In this document: piece by piece, positions 9,374 through 18,255 of the stretch
How positions within the stretch are numbered: position 1 is the first letter of the stretch
Layout: every line of letters starts with the position of its first letter
Source of the DNA: an uncultured Gammaproteobacteria bacterium
GTDB lineage: Bacteria; Pseudomonadota; Gammaproteobacteria; Steroidobacterales; Rariloculaceae
Assembly (NCBI GenBank): GCA_964466315.1
Contig: CAYXNS010000005.1
Location: forward strand, 17,498 to 81,497
Length of the DNA: 64,000 nt
Direction of reading: 5' to 3'
The notes under the pieces: model-generated
The model's input: only the letters and a program-made list of their open reading frames with translations
Databases searched by the model: none
Told to the model about the DNA's origin: nothing
Translations under genes and position numbers: made by a program

Positions 9374-9757
9374 ATGAACGTTCCGCGCAACCTGCTACTC
9401 CTGCTCGGCCTCTGCGCCGTCGCAGCCTGTGAGCGACAGGATGCCATCTCGACAGCCGGTAACGCCAGCGAAGTCGTATTCAATCGCGGCAACGGCGGTG
9501 AACCCGCCACTCTGGATCCGCATCGCAACGAGGACGATGGCGGGGCCAACATACTCCGGGACCTCTATGAAGGCTTGACCACGGAGAATGTCGCCGCAGA
9601 GGTAGTTCCGGGCGCTGCTGAGTCTTGGGAAATCAGCTTGGATGGGCTCGTCTACTCCTATGTGAACAGGCACCTCGTCAAACCCTATGTGAGAGGCTTC
9701 GAGGCGAATATCATGAACCGCAACCATTCACGATATTACCGCATCGAACGAAACTAG
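9374..9757 (+). pseudogene. internally deleted remnant of a family-5 (OppA/DppA-like) periplasmic peptide-binding protein
   Basis: A lipoprotein signal plus a typical SBP_bac_5 N-terminus (GGEPATLDPHRNEDDGGANILRDLYEGL...AESWEIS) is joined in frame to a typical extreme C-terminus (LVKPYVRGFEANIMNRNHSRYYRIE). Only 127 aa remain, versus about 500+ expected. Confidence 0.6.
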
Positions 9758-9803
9758 CAGACACTCAAAAAAGTCTCAGACGGCACACTACCTCGAGAAC
9801 AGC

Positions 9804-12524
9804 ATGAATCGACCGACCGTTACTCTGTGCATACTCTTGTTCGCCTCCGCGCTCGCGGCTCAGAACGACCCGGATATCTCGTTCGAAGAGTTCACGCTCG
9901 ACAACGGGCTGCGCGTTATCGTCCACGAGGATCACAAGGCGCCGATCATCGCCACGAACCTCTGGTATCACGTCGGCTCGAAAAACGAGTTGCCAGGCAA
10001 GACCGGGTTCGCTCATCTGTTCGAGCACCTGATGTTCAACGGCACTGAGAATTACGACGATGAGTGGTTCGGGCCACTGCAGGAAGTCGGCGCGACCCAA
10101 ATCAATGGCACGACGAACTCGGACCGCACGAACTACTATCAGACTGTTCCAACGAGCGCACTGGACCTCGTGCTCTGGATGGAGTCGGACCGCATGGGGC
10201 ATCTGCTCGGCGCCGTCGATCAGGAGAAGCTCAATGAGCAACGCGGCGTCGTGCAGAACGAAAAGCGTCAGGGCGAGAATCGACCCTACGGCCGGGTGTT
10301 CGACTACATCAACGAGAACGTCTTCCCCGAGGGGCATCCCTATTCGTGGTCGCCAATCGGCTCGATGGAGGACCTTAACGCCGCGACGCTGGACGACGTG
10401 CGGGATTGGTTCGCAACTTACTACGGCCCGAACAACGCCACGCTCGTACTCGCCGGCGATATCGATGCTCCCACGGCGAGGGAGCGGACCGAGCTCTACT
10501 TCGGCGATATTCCTCCGGGTCCGCCGCTGGCTCGAATGAATGCCTGGGTACCGACGCTCAGCAATGAACGCCGCATGGTCGTGGAGGACCGTGTTCCACA
10601 GGCGCGCATCTACAAGACCTGGCCGACGCCGGAGTGGGTGCAGGAGGAGGCCGACTGGCTGTCGCTCGCGGGCAACATTCTTGGAGAGGGTAGGAGCTCG
10701 CGGCTCTATCAGCGTCTTGTCGTCGAGGAACTGGTCGCGACCGATGTTGGCGCTTTTTCCGAGGGTGATGAAATCGCTGGCGAGTTTTTGGTATATGCAA
10801 CGGCCCAGCCCGGCGGCGATCTGGCGATTGTCGAGCAGCTACTGGATGAGGAAATCGAGCTATTTTTGAGCGACGGACCGACAGACGAGGAACTCGCGCG
10901 TGTCGTCACGAGGACGAAAGCGGACTTCATTCGCGCCATCGAACGTGTCAGCGGCAAGGCGAGAATCCTCATCGAGGGCGCCGTGTTTGGAGGCCGACCC
11001 GACGCCTACATCGAGTCGCTCGCTATCCTCGAGTCCCTCGAGCCAGAGGATCTTCGAAACGCCACACGAAAGTGGTTGTCGTGGCCAGCGTTCACGCTCG
11101 AGGTTCATCCGTTCGCGGCTAACTTGACGGCGACCGAGCAAGCGGTGGATCGCAGCGCTCTGCCTTTTCCCGACACGTTCCCGCAAGCTGAGTTTCCGGA
11201 TCTTCAGATCGGCGAACTCTCTAACGGCATGCGCCTGATCGTAGCGACGCGAGATGCAGTGCCGGTCATTCACATGAGCCTGCAACTCAATATGGGATAC
11301 GCGGCGGACCAGTTTTCGAGACCCGGCGCGGCCGGTCTCATGATCAACATGCTGGAGGAAGGAACGACGAACCGTGACGCGCTGCAGATCAGCGAAGAAC
11401 TCGACGATCTCGGCGGCGAAATCCGCGCGGGATCGAATCTCGACTTCTCGTTCGTCAGCATGTCCGCACTGACCGAGAATCTGGAGCTGACACTCGATAT
11501 ATTCGGCGACGTCATCCTGAACCCGGCCTTCCCGGACGACGATCTCGCGCGCCTCAAGCGCCTGCAGATCGCCGCGATTCAGCGCGAGAAGATGACGCCG
11601 GTCAACATGGCACTGCGATTGTTTCCGCAACTCGTCTACGGTGATGGACACACCTATTCATTGCCGATGACGGGCTCGGGAACCGAGGCCTCGATCGGTG
11701 CGTTGCAACGTGCCGACCTCGTGGATCTCCACGATACCTGGTTCCGGCCCGAGAACGCGACGATGATCGTCGTCGGCGACACGAACATGGCCGAGATTAC
11801 ACCCTACCTCGAAGACCTGTTCGCGGGCTGGACCGGCGGCGGCGTCCCGGAAAAAATCATTCCGACGGTCGATCTTCCCGACGAGACTCGGGTGGTCCTC
11901 GTCGACCGGCCCGGCTCCGAGCAGAGCTTCATTATCGTGGGCCATCTCGTAACGCCCCGGATCGGCGACGGCGAGCTCGCGATCCAGGCGATGAACTTCA
12001 GTTTCGGCGGCAACTTCACCTCGCGCATCAACATGAATCTGCGGGAGGACAAGGCGTGGTCCTACGGCGTACGCTCCATCATCGTGGATACGATGAACCA
12101 GCGGCCATTCATCATCTATGCACCGGTTCAGACCGATCGGACCGCAGCGTCCATGCTCGAACTCGACCGCGAAATCCGCGAGGTCCGGACGACGCGACCA
12201 ATCAGCGAAGCAGAAGTCGCAACCAGCAAGCGCCAGAATACGCTGCAGCTGCCGGGCCGCTGGGAGACGGCGCGCGCCGTCATGGGCGACATCGCCGAAA
12301 TCGTGCGTTTCGGCCTGCCGGACGACTACTGGCGCCATTATCCGGCGCTCGTCGAAGCCGTGAACGTCACCGAGGTCAACGAGGCCGCGCAGACGCTGCT
12401 CGCGCCGGACAACCTGACCTGGGTCGTCGTCGGCGATCTCGAACTGATCGAGGCCGATATCCGCGCGCTGAACCTCGGGCCGATTCAACTCATGGATGTG
12501 GACGGCAACCTGCTCGGTAACTAA
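9804..12524 (+). CDS. M16 family zinc peptidase (two-lobed, pitrilysin/PqqL-like)
   Basis: 906 aa with a signal peptide and the inverted zinc motif HLFEH (FAHLFEHLMFNGT). Second, inactive M16-like half. Confidence 0.85.
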   Translation: MNRPTVTLCILLFASALAAQNDPDISFEEFTLDNGLRVIVHEDHKAPIIATNLWYHVGSKNELPGKTGFAHLFEHLMFNGTENYDDEWFGPLQEVGATQINGTTNSDRTNYYQTVPTSALDLVLWMESDRMGHLLGAVDQEKLNEQRGVVQNEKRQGENRPYGRVFDYINENVFPEGHPYSWSPIGSMEDLNAATLDDVRDWFATYYGPNNATLVLAGDIDAPTARERTELYFGDIPPGPPLARMNAWVPTLSNERRMVVEDRVPQARIYKTWPTPEWVQEEADWLSLAGNILGEGRSSRLYQRLVVEELVATDVGAFSEGDEIAGEFLVYATAQPGGDLAIVEQLLDEEIELFLSDGPTDEELARVVTRTKADFIRAIERVSGKARILIEGAVFGGRPDAYIESLAILESLEPEDLRNATRKWLSWPAFTLEVHPFAANLTATEQAVDRSALPFPDTFPQAEFPDLQIGELSNGMRLIVATRDAVPVIHMSLQLNMGYAADQFSRPGAAGLMINMLEEGTTNRDALQISEELDDLGGEIRAGSNLDFSFVSMSALTENLELTLDIFGDVILNPAFPDDDLARLKRLQIAAIQREKMTPVNMALRLFPQLVYGDGHTYSLPMTGSGTEASIGALQRADLVDLHDTWFRPENATMIVVGDTNMAEITPYLEDLFAGWTGGGVPEKIIPTVDLPDETRVVLVDRPGSEQSFIIVGHLVTPRIGDGELAIQAMNFSFGGNFTSRINMNLREDKAWSYGVRSIIVDTMNQRPFIIYAPVQTDRTAASMLELDREIREVRTTRPISEAEVATSKRQNTLQLPGRWETARAVMGDIAEIVRFGLPDDYWRHYPALVEAVNVTEVNEAAQTLLAPDNLTWVVVGDLELIEADIRALNLGPIQLMDVDGNLLGN

Positions 12525-12550
12525 AAAAAGGGGGCCGGGTCCCTTTTTTT
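12523..12550. terminator. A-tract/palindrome/T-tract element (bidirectional terminator-like; motif family copy a)
   Basis: AAAAAAAGGGGGCCGGGTCCCTTTTTTT begins inside the peptidase stop codon. Confidence 0.5.
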
Positions 12551-12667
12551 CCTATACGCCACCGACGGGGGCTTGAATCGCTCGCCGGCTTGTGGAAAAT
12601 TGCGTTCCGGATTTGTTGTCGCCCGGCTCGACACGGAGAATGGCAAGCAAGAAAGATGGGAGTCGCA

Positions 12668-13603
12668 ATGATCAATTGCCAGAACCTGACCAAACGATAC
12701 GGCCCGCTGCTGGCCGTCGACGACCTGAGCTTTCAGGTTGAGCCGGGTGAAGTCCTAGGCTTCCTCGGCCCCAATGGCGCCGGCAAGAGCACTACGATGC
12801 GCATTCTCGCCGGCTTCCTACCGGCGACGACCGGTAGCGCGACCGTGTGCGGCTTCGATGTCGATACGCAGAGCACCGACGCCAAGCGCCGCATCGGCTA
12901 CCTGCCCGAAGGGGCTCCCAGTTATCCCGAGATGTCACCGCGCTCTTTCCTCGAATTCGTCGCCGACGTCAGAGGCCTAGAGGGTGCGACTCGAAGGAAC
13001 AGCCTCGATCGGGTTTACGGACTCCTGCATCTGGAGCCCGTGCTGGAACAGACCATCGACACACTCTCGAAAGGCTATAAGCGCCGCGTCGGGCTGGCAC
13101 AGGCGATTCTTCACGATCCCGATGTGCTGATACTGGATGAGCCTACCGACGGCCTGGATCCGAATCAGAAGCACGAGGTGCGCCAGCTCATCAACCAGAT
13201 GTCGCAGAGCAAGATCATCGTGATCTCGACGCATCTTCTCGAGGAAGTCGACGCGCTGTGCAATCGCGCAATCATCATCGCTCACGGCCGAATCCTAGCC
13301 GACGACACGCCGGAGCGGCTCAAGGCGCGCTCGCGCTTCTACAACGCCGTATCGGTGAAGCTCGCCGACTGCTCACAGCTCGACGAGGTGCGCAACGGCA
13401 TCGAGGCCCTAGCCGAGGTCGATACGATCGAGATAGACGACCACTCGGACCGGCTGACCGCGTTCCCGGCGAACGGAAAACTGCCGCTGGGAGCGATAAC
13501 CGAACTCGCTTCCACGAAGGGCTGGGAGTTCTCTGAACTGCATCTGGAGTCTGGCCGCCTCGATGAGGTTTTCCGCACAATCACGGGAGGAGCCAGCGCA
13601 TGA
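12668..13603 (+). CDS. ABC transporter ATP-binding protein (ABC-2/GldA-like)
   Basis: Walker A GPNGAGKST, signature LSKGYKRR, Walker B LILDEPTDGLD. Start at ATG 12668 (GGGAG 6 nt upstream); 12656 and 12590 are alternatives. Confidence 0.8.
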   Translation: MINCQNLTKRYGPLLAVDDLSFQVEPGEVLGFLGPNGAGKSTTMRILAGFLPATTGSATVCGFDVDTQSTDAKRRIGYLPEGAPSYPEMSPRSFLEFVADVRGLEGATRRNSLDRVYGLLHLEPVLEQTIDTLSKGYKRRVGLAQAILHDPDVLILDEPTDGLDPNQKHEVRQLINQMSQSKIIVISTHLLEEVDALCNRAIIIAHGRILADDTPERLKARSRFYNAVSVKLADCSQLDEVRNGIEALAEVDTIEIDDHSDRLTAFPANGKLPLGAITELASTKGWEFSELHLESGRLDEVFRTITGGASA

Positions 13604-14334
13604 ATGCCATGCTTGCGATCATGCGCCGCGAACTCCGGAGTTATTTCCTGACTCCCGTGGCGTACGTCTTTATCGTCATCTTTCTCGTCCTGACGAGCAC
13701 CTTCACTTTCTATCTCGGTGGTTTCTATGAGCGCAGCCAGGCGGATCTCGCGCCGTTTTTTAACTTTCATCCATGGCTTTATCTCTTCCTGGTTCCCGCA
13801 CTAAGCATGCGTCTGTGGGCGGAGGAGCGTAAGTCGGGCAGCATCGAGTTGCTCATGACGCTTCCGGTAGAACTCTGGCAGGCCGTTACCGGAAAGTTTC
13901 TCGCGGCCTGGGCATTTACCGGGCTCGCACTCGTTTTGACCTTTCCCATCTGGATAACGGTCAACTATCTCGGCGATCCCGATAACGGTGCAGTCATCGC
14001 CGCTTACATCGGCAGCCTGCTCATGGCTGGTGGTTTTCTCGCGGTCGGTTCGTGCATCTCGGCTGCGACAAAGAACCAGGTCATCGCGTTCATCCTCGCC
14101 GTCGTCGCTTGCTTCCTGCTGCTGCTCGCCGGCTTCCCGTTGGTTCTCGACGTGTTCTCTGCCTGGGCTCCGCAGACCCTCGTCGACACCGTCGCGAGTC
14201 TGAGTTTCCTGACGCACTTCGCGAGTATCAGCAAAGGCGTCATCGACCTGCGCGATCTCGTCTATTTCGGTTTACTCATTGGCGTCATGCTCTACGCCAA
14301 CGCGATCGTCCTACAACTCAAAAAGGCGGATTGA
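13600..14334 (+). CDS. ABC-2 type transporter permease (GldF-like)
   Basis: 244-aa, 6-TM protein. ATGA overlap with the ATPase gene. Confidence 0.8.
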   Translation: MNAMLAIMRRELRSYFLTPVAYVFIVIFLVLTSTFTFYLGGFYERSQADLAPFFNFHPWLYLFLVPALSMRLWAEERKSGSIELLMTLPVELWQAVTGKFLAAWAFTGLALVLTFPIWITVNYLGDPDNGAVIAAYIGSLLMAGGFLAVGSCISAATKNQVIAFILAVVACFLLLLAGFPLVLDVFSAWAPQTLVDTVASLSFLTHFASISKGVIDLRDLVYFGLLIGVMLYANAIVLQLKKAD

Positions 14335-14341
14335 GAGTCCC

Positions 14342-16264
14342 GTGACTACGCAAGAACAGAGAAAGGTTGGGCTGGCGTCGTTGGGCCTCCTCGGGCTCAC
14401 GTTCATCGCCGCCTTGGTAGCGAGCAACACGCTGCTCAGGGGGATGCGGGTCGATCTGACCGAGAACAATCTCTACACGATCTCGGACGGAACGAGAGAG
14501 TTACTCGCATCAATCAACGAACCGATCAACCTCTACTTCTTCTTCTCGGACGAAGAGACGGCCGATATTCCTTATCTCAGAGGCTACGCGACACGCGTTC
14601 GGGAAACCCTGGAAGAGTTCGCGCGAGTCGCGGACGATAACCTGATCGTCCACAACGTCGATCCCGCACCATTCTCGGAGGACGAGGATCGCGCGGCGCA
14701 GTTCGGGCTCGAGTCGATCGCTCTCGGTGGGCTGGCCCAGTCGGTCTACTTCGGTCTCGCCGGCACGAACAGCGTCGGCGAAGAAGATACGATTCCGTTC
14801 CTGCAACCGGAGAAAGAAACCTTTCTCGAGTACGACCTCGCGAAGCTCATTTATAACCTGGCGAATCCGGACAAGACAGTTGTGGGATTACTCTCGGGTA
14901 CTTCGATGAACGCCGGCTTCGATCCGCAGACGCAACAGCTTACCGACCCCTGGGTAATCACGACTCAGGCTCAGCAGCTCTTCGAGATCCGTCAACTCAC
15001 GCCAGGCATGGCGCAAGTCGAAGAAGACATCAATGTGCTCTGGATCGTCCATCCGAAAGCGCTCGATGACACGACGCTCTATGCGATCGATCAGTTCATT
15101 CTGCGCGGCGGCCGGGCGCTGATCTTCGTGGACCCCTTCGCCGAGATCGACATGTCCGCGACCGATCCAGCGACGATGGCGGCCGGCAGCTCGTCTACGT
15201 TGGCACCGTTATTCTCGGCCTGGGGGGTCGAATTCGCGCCGGAGAACGTCGTTGCCGACGATCGCTATGCTTTGAGTGTCAACTCGGGCCTGGGTGGACG
15301 GCCCGTCCGGCACGTCGGCTTACTGGGACTCAACGAACTCGCTCTGAATAACGAGGACATCGTCACCTCGAATCTCGGCTCGATCAATCTAGGCACGGCC
15401 GGCCACTTCACGCTCGCGGAAGAGAGCGAAGCGACACTCGTGCCATTGCTGACCTCGAGCACGTCGGCGGCGACGTTGCCGACGATCCAGTTCCAGTTTC
15501 TCTCCGATCCCGCCGCGCTCATGGATTCGTTCACGCCGAGCGGCGAGAGCTACGTGCTCGCGGCCCGACTTGAGGGCCCGCTGACGACGGCCTTTCCCGA
15601 CGGCCCACCCGACGGCGACGAGGAACCCGCTGACGACGCGTTGACTGACGCCGGCGAGGTCGCCCAGGAAGAAGACATCACCCCAGCGGATCACCTGACC
15701 TCGACGGAGTCCGCGAACATCATCCTCGTCGGCGACGTCGACATCCTCAGTGACCGTCTCTGGGCACAGCGGCAGAATTTCTTCGGCCAGCAACTGGTCA
15801 CTGCGTTCGCCAACAATGGTGACTTCGTCGTCAACTCGCTGGACAACCTCTCGGGAAGCGCCGCATTGATCGGCATCCGGGCGCGCGCAAGCTTCTCCCG
15901 GCCGTTTACACGCGTCGAGGATTTACGCCGCATCGCCGAGGCTGAGTTCCGAGCGACAGAGCAACGGCTGCAAACCGAACTCGCCGAGACCGAACAGCGG
16001 CTTGGCGAGCTTCAGGCGGCTCGCAGCGATGGCGGCTCCCTGCTCATGAGCGAGGAGCAGCAGGCGGAGATCGAGCGGTTTTTGGACCAGCAGATTCGAA
16101 TCCGCCAGGAACTCAGAGCCGTGCAGCGGGATCTGGACCTATCGATCGAGCAACTCGGCACGACACTTAAGATCGTCAATATCGGACTCGTTCCGTTGCT
16201 GCTCACCATCGCGGCACTGGCGTTCGTGTTCTACCGGCGCCGCGAAACGAAGGTAGCGTCATGA
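14342..16264 (+). CDS. GldG-family ABC-transport auxiliary component
   Basis: About 640 aa with N- and C-terminal TM anchors around a large periplasmic domain, in the typical position after ABC-2 ATPase and permease. GTG 14342 lies just after the permease stop. Confidence 0.7.
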   Translation: MTTQEQRKVGLASLGLLGLTFIAALVASNTLLRGMRVDLTENNLYTISDGTRELLASINEPINLYFFFSDEETADIPYLRGYATRVRETLEEFARVADDNLIVHNVDPAPFSEDEDRAAQFGLESIALGGLAQSVYFGLAGTNSVGEEDTIPFLQPEKETFLEYDLAKLIYNLANPDKTVVGLLSGTSMNAGFDPQTQQLTDPWVITTQAQQLFEIRQLTPGMAQVEEDINVLWIVHPKALDDTTLYAIDQFILRGGRALIFVDPFAEIDMSATDPATMAAGSSSTLAPLFSAWGVEFAPENVVADDRYALSVNSGLGGRPVRHVGLLGLNELALNNEDIVTSNLGSINLGTAGHFTLAEESEATLVPLLTSSTSAATLPTIQFQFLSDPAALMDSFTPSGESYVLAARLEGPLTTAFPDGPPDGDEEPADDALTDAGEVAQEEDITPADHLTSTESANIILVGDVDILSDRLWAQRQNFFGQQLVTAFANNGDFVVNSLDNLSGSAALIGIRARASFSRPFTRVEDLRRIAEAEFRATEQRLQTELAETEQRLGELQAARSDGGSLLMSEEQQAEIERFLDQQIRIRQELRAVQRDLDLSIEQLGTTLKIVNIGLVPLLLTIAALAFVFYRRRETKVAS

Positions 16265-17292
16265 ACAAGCGAACGCTGATGTGGCTCGCCGGTGCGCTGG
16301 TCGTGCTCGGAGTTCTCGCTATCTTCGGCCAGCGGGAGCAACAACTGGATACGCAGAGCGGCGAGATGTTCCTGCCCGGACTTCTTGAGTCGCTGGATGA
16401 GGTGACGCGCGTCGAACTCGCCGGACGCGGCGCGGAAACCGTCGCGACACTGGAACGCGGTGAGTCCGGGTGGGTCGTGCTCGAGCGAGACGGCTATCCC
16501 GCCGATCTGACGAAGACGCGCCACGCGCTACTCAGCCTGGCAGAGACGCAGATTCTCGAAGCGAAGACGGTCGATCCGGCGTTCCACGACCGTCTGGGCG
16601 TCGAGGCGATCACTGCGGAGACCGCAGGCGGCATCGCGGTTCGCCTGCTCGGACTGGAGGAGCCCGTCGAAGTCATCGTCGGCAACGCCGAGGGCGACTA
16701 CCAGCGTTACGTTCGACGTCAGAATGAAAACCAGGCCTATCTTGTTAATAGAGACCCCGAAATCGGCACGACAGCGACCGACTGGCTCGACACGGCGATC
16801 ATCGATCTCGACGGCGAGCGCGTTCAACACGTGACGGTAACTCGCCCGAATGGAGAGGAAGTGATCGTATCGAAAGCCGTTCGCGGGCAATCCAACTTCA
16901 CCCTGGATAACACGCCGGAGGGACGCGAGCTACGCTACGACAGCGTTGCCAACGTGATGGGTAATGTCCTGGAGGGCCTGACACTCGATGACGTCGAGCG
17001 GCTACCGGCTACGGCAGAAGACGTCATCGTGACGGTGTTTCGAACTTTTGACGGGCTCATGATTACCGCGCAGTCGCTGGAGCGCGAGGGCGATGCCTGG
17101 GTGAGCTTTGCGGCGACGGTAGATCCATCGCTGCCTGAAGAGTCGGAGCAGACGCGCGCGGCGGCCGAAACCCAAGCGTCTGAAATCAATGGTCGCGTCG
17201 CGGAATGGGAGTATAGGGTTCCGACCATCAAGTTCGAGCAGCTCACGCGCTCCATGGATGACCTGCTGCAAGCCATAGAAGAAGCGGAATAA
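16261..17292 (+). CDS. DUF4340-like periplasmic protein (fourth gene of the GldG-type operon)
   Basis: 343 aa with an N-terminal anchor and an ATGA overlap with the GldG-like gene. The family call rests on the conserved operon position. Confidence 0.6.
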   Translation: MNKRTLMWLAGALVVLGVLAIFGQREQQLDTQSGEMFLPGLLESLDEVTRVELAGRGAETVATLERGESGWVVLERDGYPADLTKTRHALLSLAETQILEAKTVDPAFHDRLGVEAITAETAGGIAVRLLGLEEPVEVIVGNAEGDYQRYVRRQNENQAYLVNRDPEIGTTATDWLDTAIIDLDGERVQHVTVTRPNGEEVIVSKAVRGQSNFTLDNTPEGRELRYDSVANVMGNVLEGLTLDDVERLPATAEDVIVTVFRTFDGLMITAQSLEREGDAWVSFAATVDPSLPEESEQTRAAAETQASEINGRVAEWEYRVPTIKFEQLTRSMDDLLQAIEEAE

Positions 17293-17293
17293 G

Positions 17294-17332
17294 AAAAAAG
17301 GGGCCGGGTCCCTTTTTCCTGGCCCCTTTCTT
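17294..17332. terminator. palindromic terminator-like element (motif family copy b)
   Basis: AAAAAAGGGGCCGGGTCCCTTTTT (17294-17317) is followed by GGCCCCTTTCTT (17321-17332), which can alternatively pair with the upstream AAGAAA..GGGGCC. Confidence 0.5.
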
Positions 17333-17516
17333 ACCGGGGCATGAGCGGCAGGCCGGCGCTGATCAGGCCGAGGCCAGCGGCGGCAATCAAACCCGCAAGC
17401 CACCAGTACTGCAACGGTCGCGACCGCTCGGGCTACTGACGGAAGGCATGATAGCCTTCCGTCAGCGTGAAGAGGCCAAAGCCGATCAGGGTCCAGCTAA
17501 GGATCTCTATCCACAT
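17331..17516 (-). pseudogene. 61-codon two-TM reading frame interrupted by one in-frame TAG
   Basis: My own translation, below the ORF-track cutoff: MWIEILSWTLIGFGLFTLTEGYHAFRQ-TAG-PERSRPLQYWWLAGLIAAAGLGLISAGLPLMPR-TAA. TAG at 17433-17435. Confidence 0.25.
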
Positions 17517-17632
17517 TCCTAGTCAAGCCTCATCTGCCTAAGTCGCTGCACCGAGCGCTGCAGTCTAAACACCGCCTGCATGCCGGTGTAGTAGGACTCG
17601 AGGGATGCGTTGGATACATACGCACCTACGAG

Positions 17633-18127
17633 ATGACTAACAACACGGCCGGCCGCGTGGGTCCGCCCATGGAACGACCACCGGAAGACGCCCGCGAATT
17701 CTTCCATGGCTTTCTCGAAAACGGCGGACTTTACGACTGGTCCTACTGGGACCACATTCAATCGTGGTGGGAGATTCACAACACGCCGAACGTGCTGCTG
17801 GTGCACTTCAACGATCTTAAAGCGGACATGGAAGGGGAGATTCGCCGCATAGCCGAGTTCTTGGACATCGAGATAGACGAAGAGCGTTGGCCCGACATCA
17901 TCGAGCACTTCACCTTCGATTACATGAAGAAGAACGCGAATTCGCTTTTGGAGCACTTCCCTGACATGTTCGAGGGTGGCCTCACGAAGTTCGTCTACAA
18001 GGGCACGAACGGCCGCTGGCGCGATGGGCTGACGTCCGAGGAAAACGAGAAGTACGAGCGAATCGCGAACTCGCATCTCACGCCGGACTGCGCGCACTGG
18101 CACGCGACCGGCGAGATGCCGGACTAA
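17633..18127 (+). pseudogene. 5'-truncated sulfotransferase (C-terminal about 55% only)
   Basis: 164 aa matching the C-terminal part of bacterial sulfotransferases (GRVGPP..PPEDAREFF, NVLLVHFNDLKADMEGEIRRIAEFLDIEIDEERWP, FDYMKKNA, KGTNGRWRD). The N-terminal PAPS-binding region is absent. Confidence 0.6.
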
Positions 18128-18255
18128 GATCGCGATGAGGGCGTCGCTCCCACGCCCTTCGATGATCTGCCATCGCTGCAGGAGCGGCCAAAAAGAGGCC
18201 CCTTTCCAGAGATGATAAACTTGCGGCAAAGACCCGACTCCACAGAGGATGAACG

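Noticed and set aside
10860-12488. Two long minus-strand ORFs (10860-11651, 263 aa; 11658-12488, 276 aa).
   Set aside because: They are entirely antisense to the well-supported M16 peptidase gene. Their Arg/Asp/His-rich composition, with no motifs, is typical of GC-rich shadow frames.
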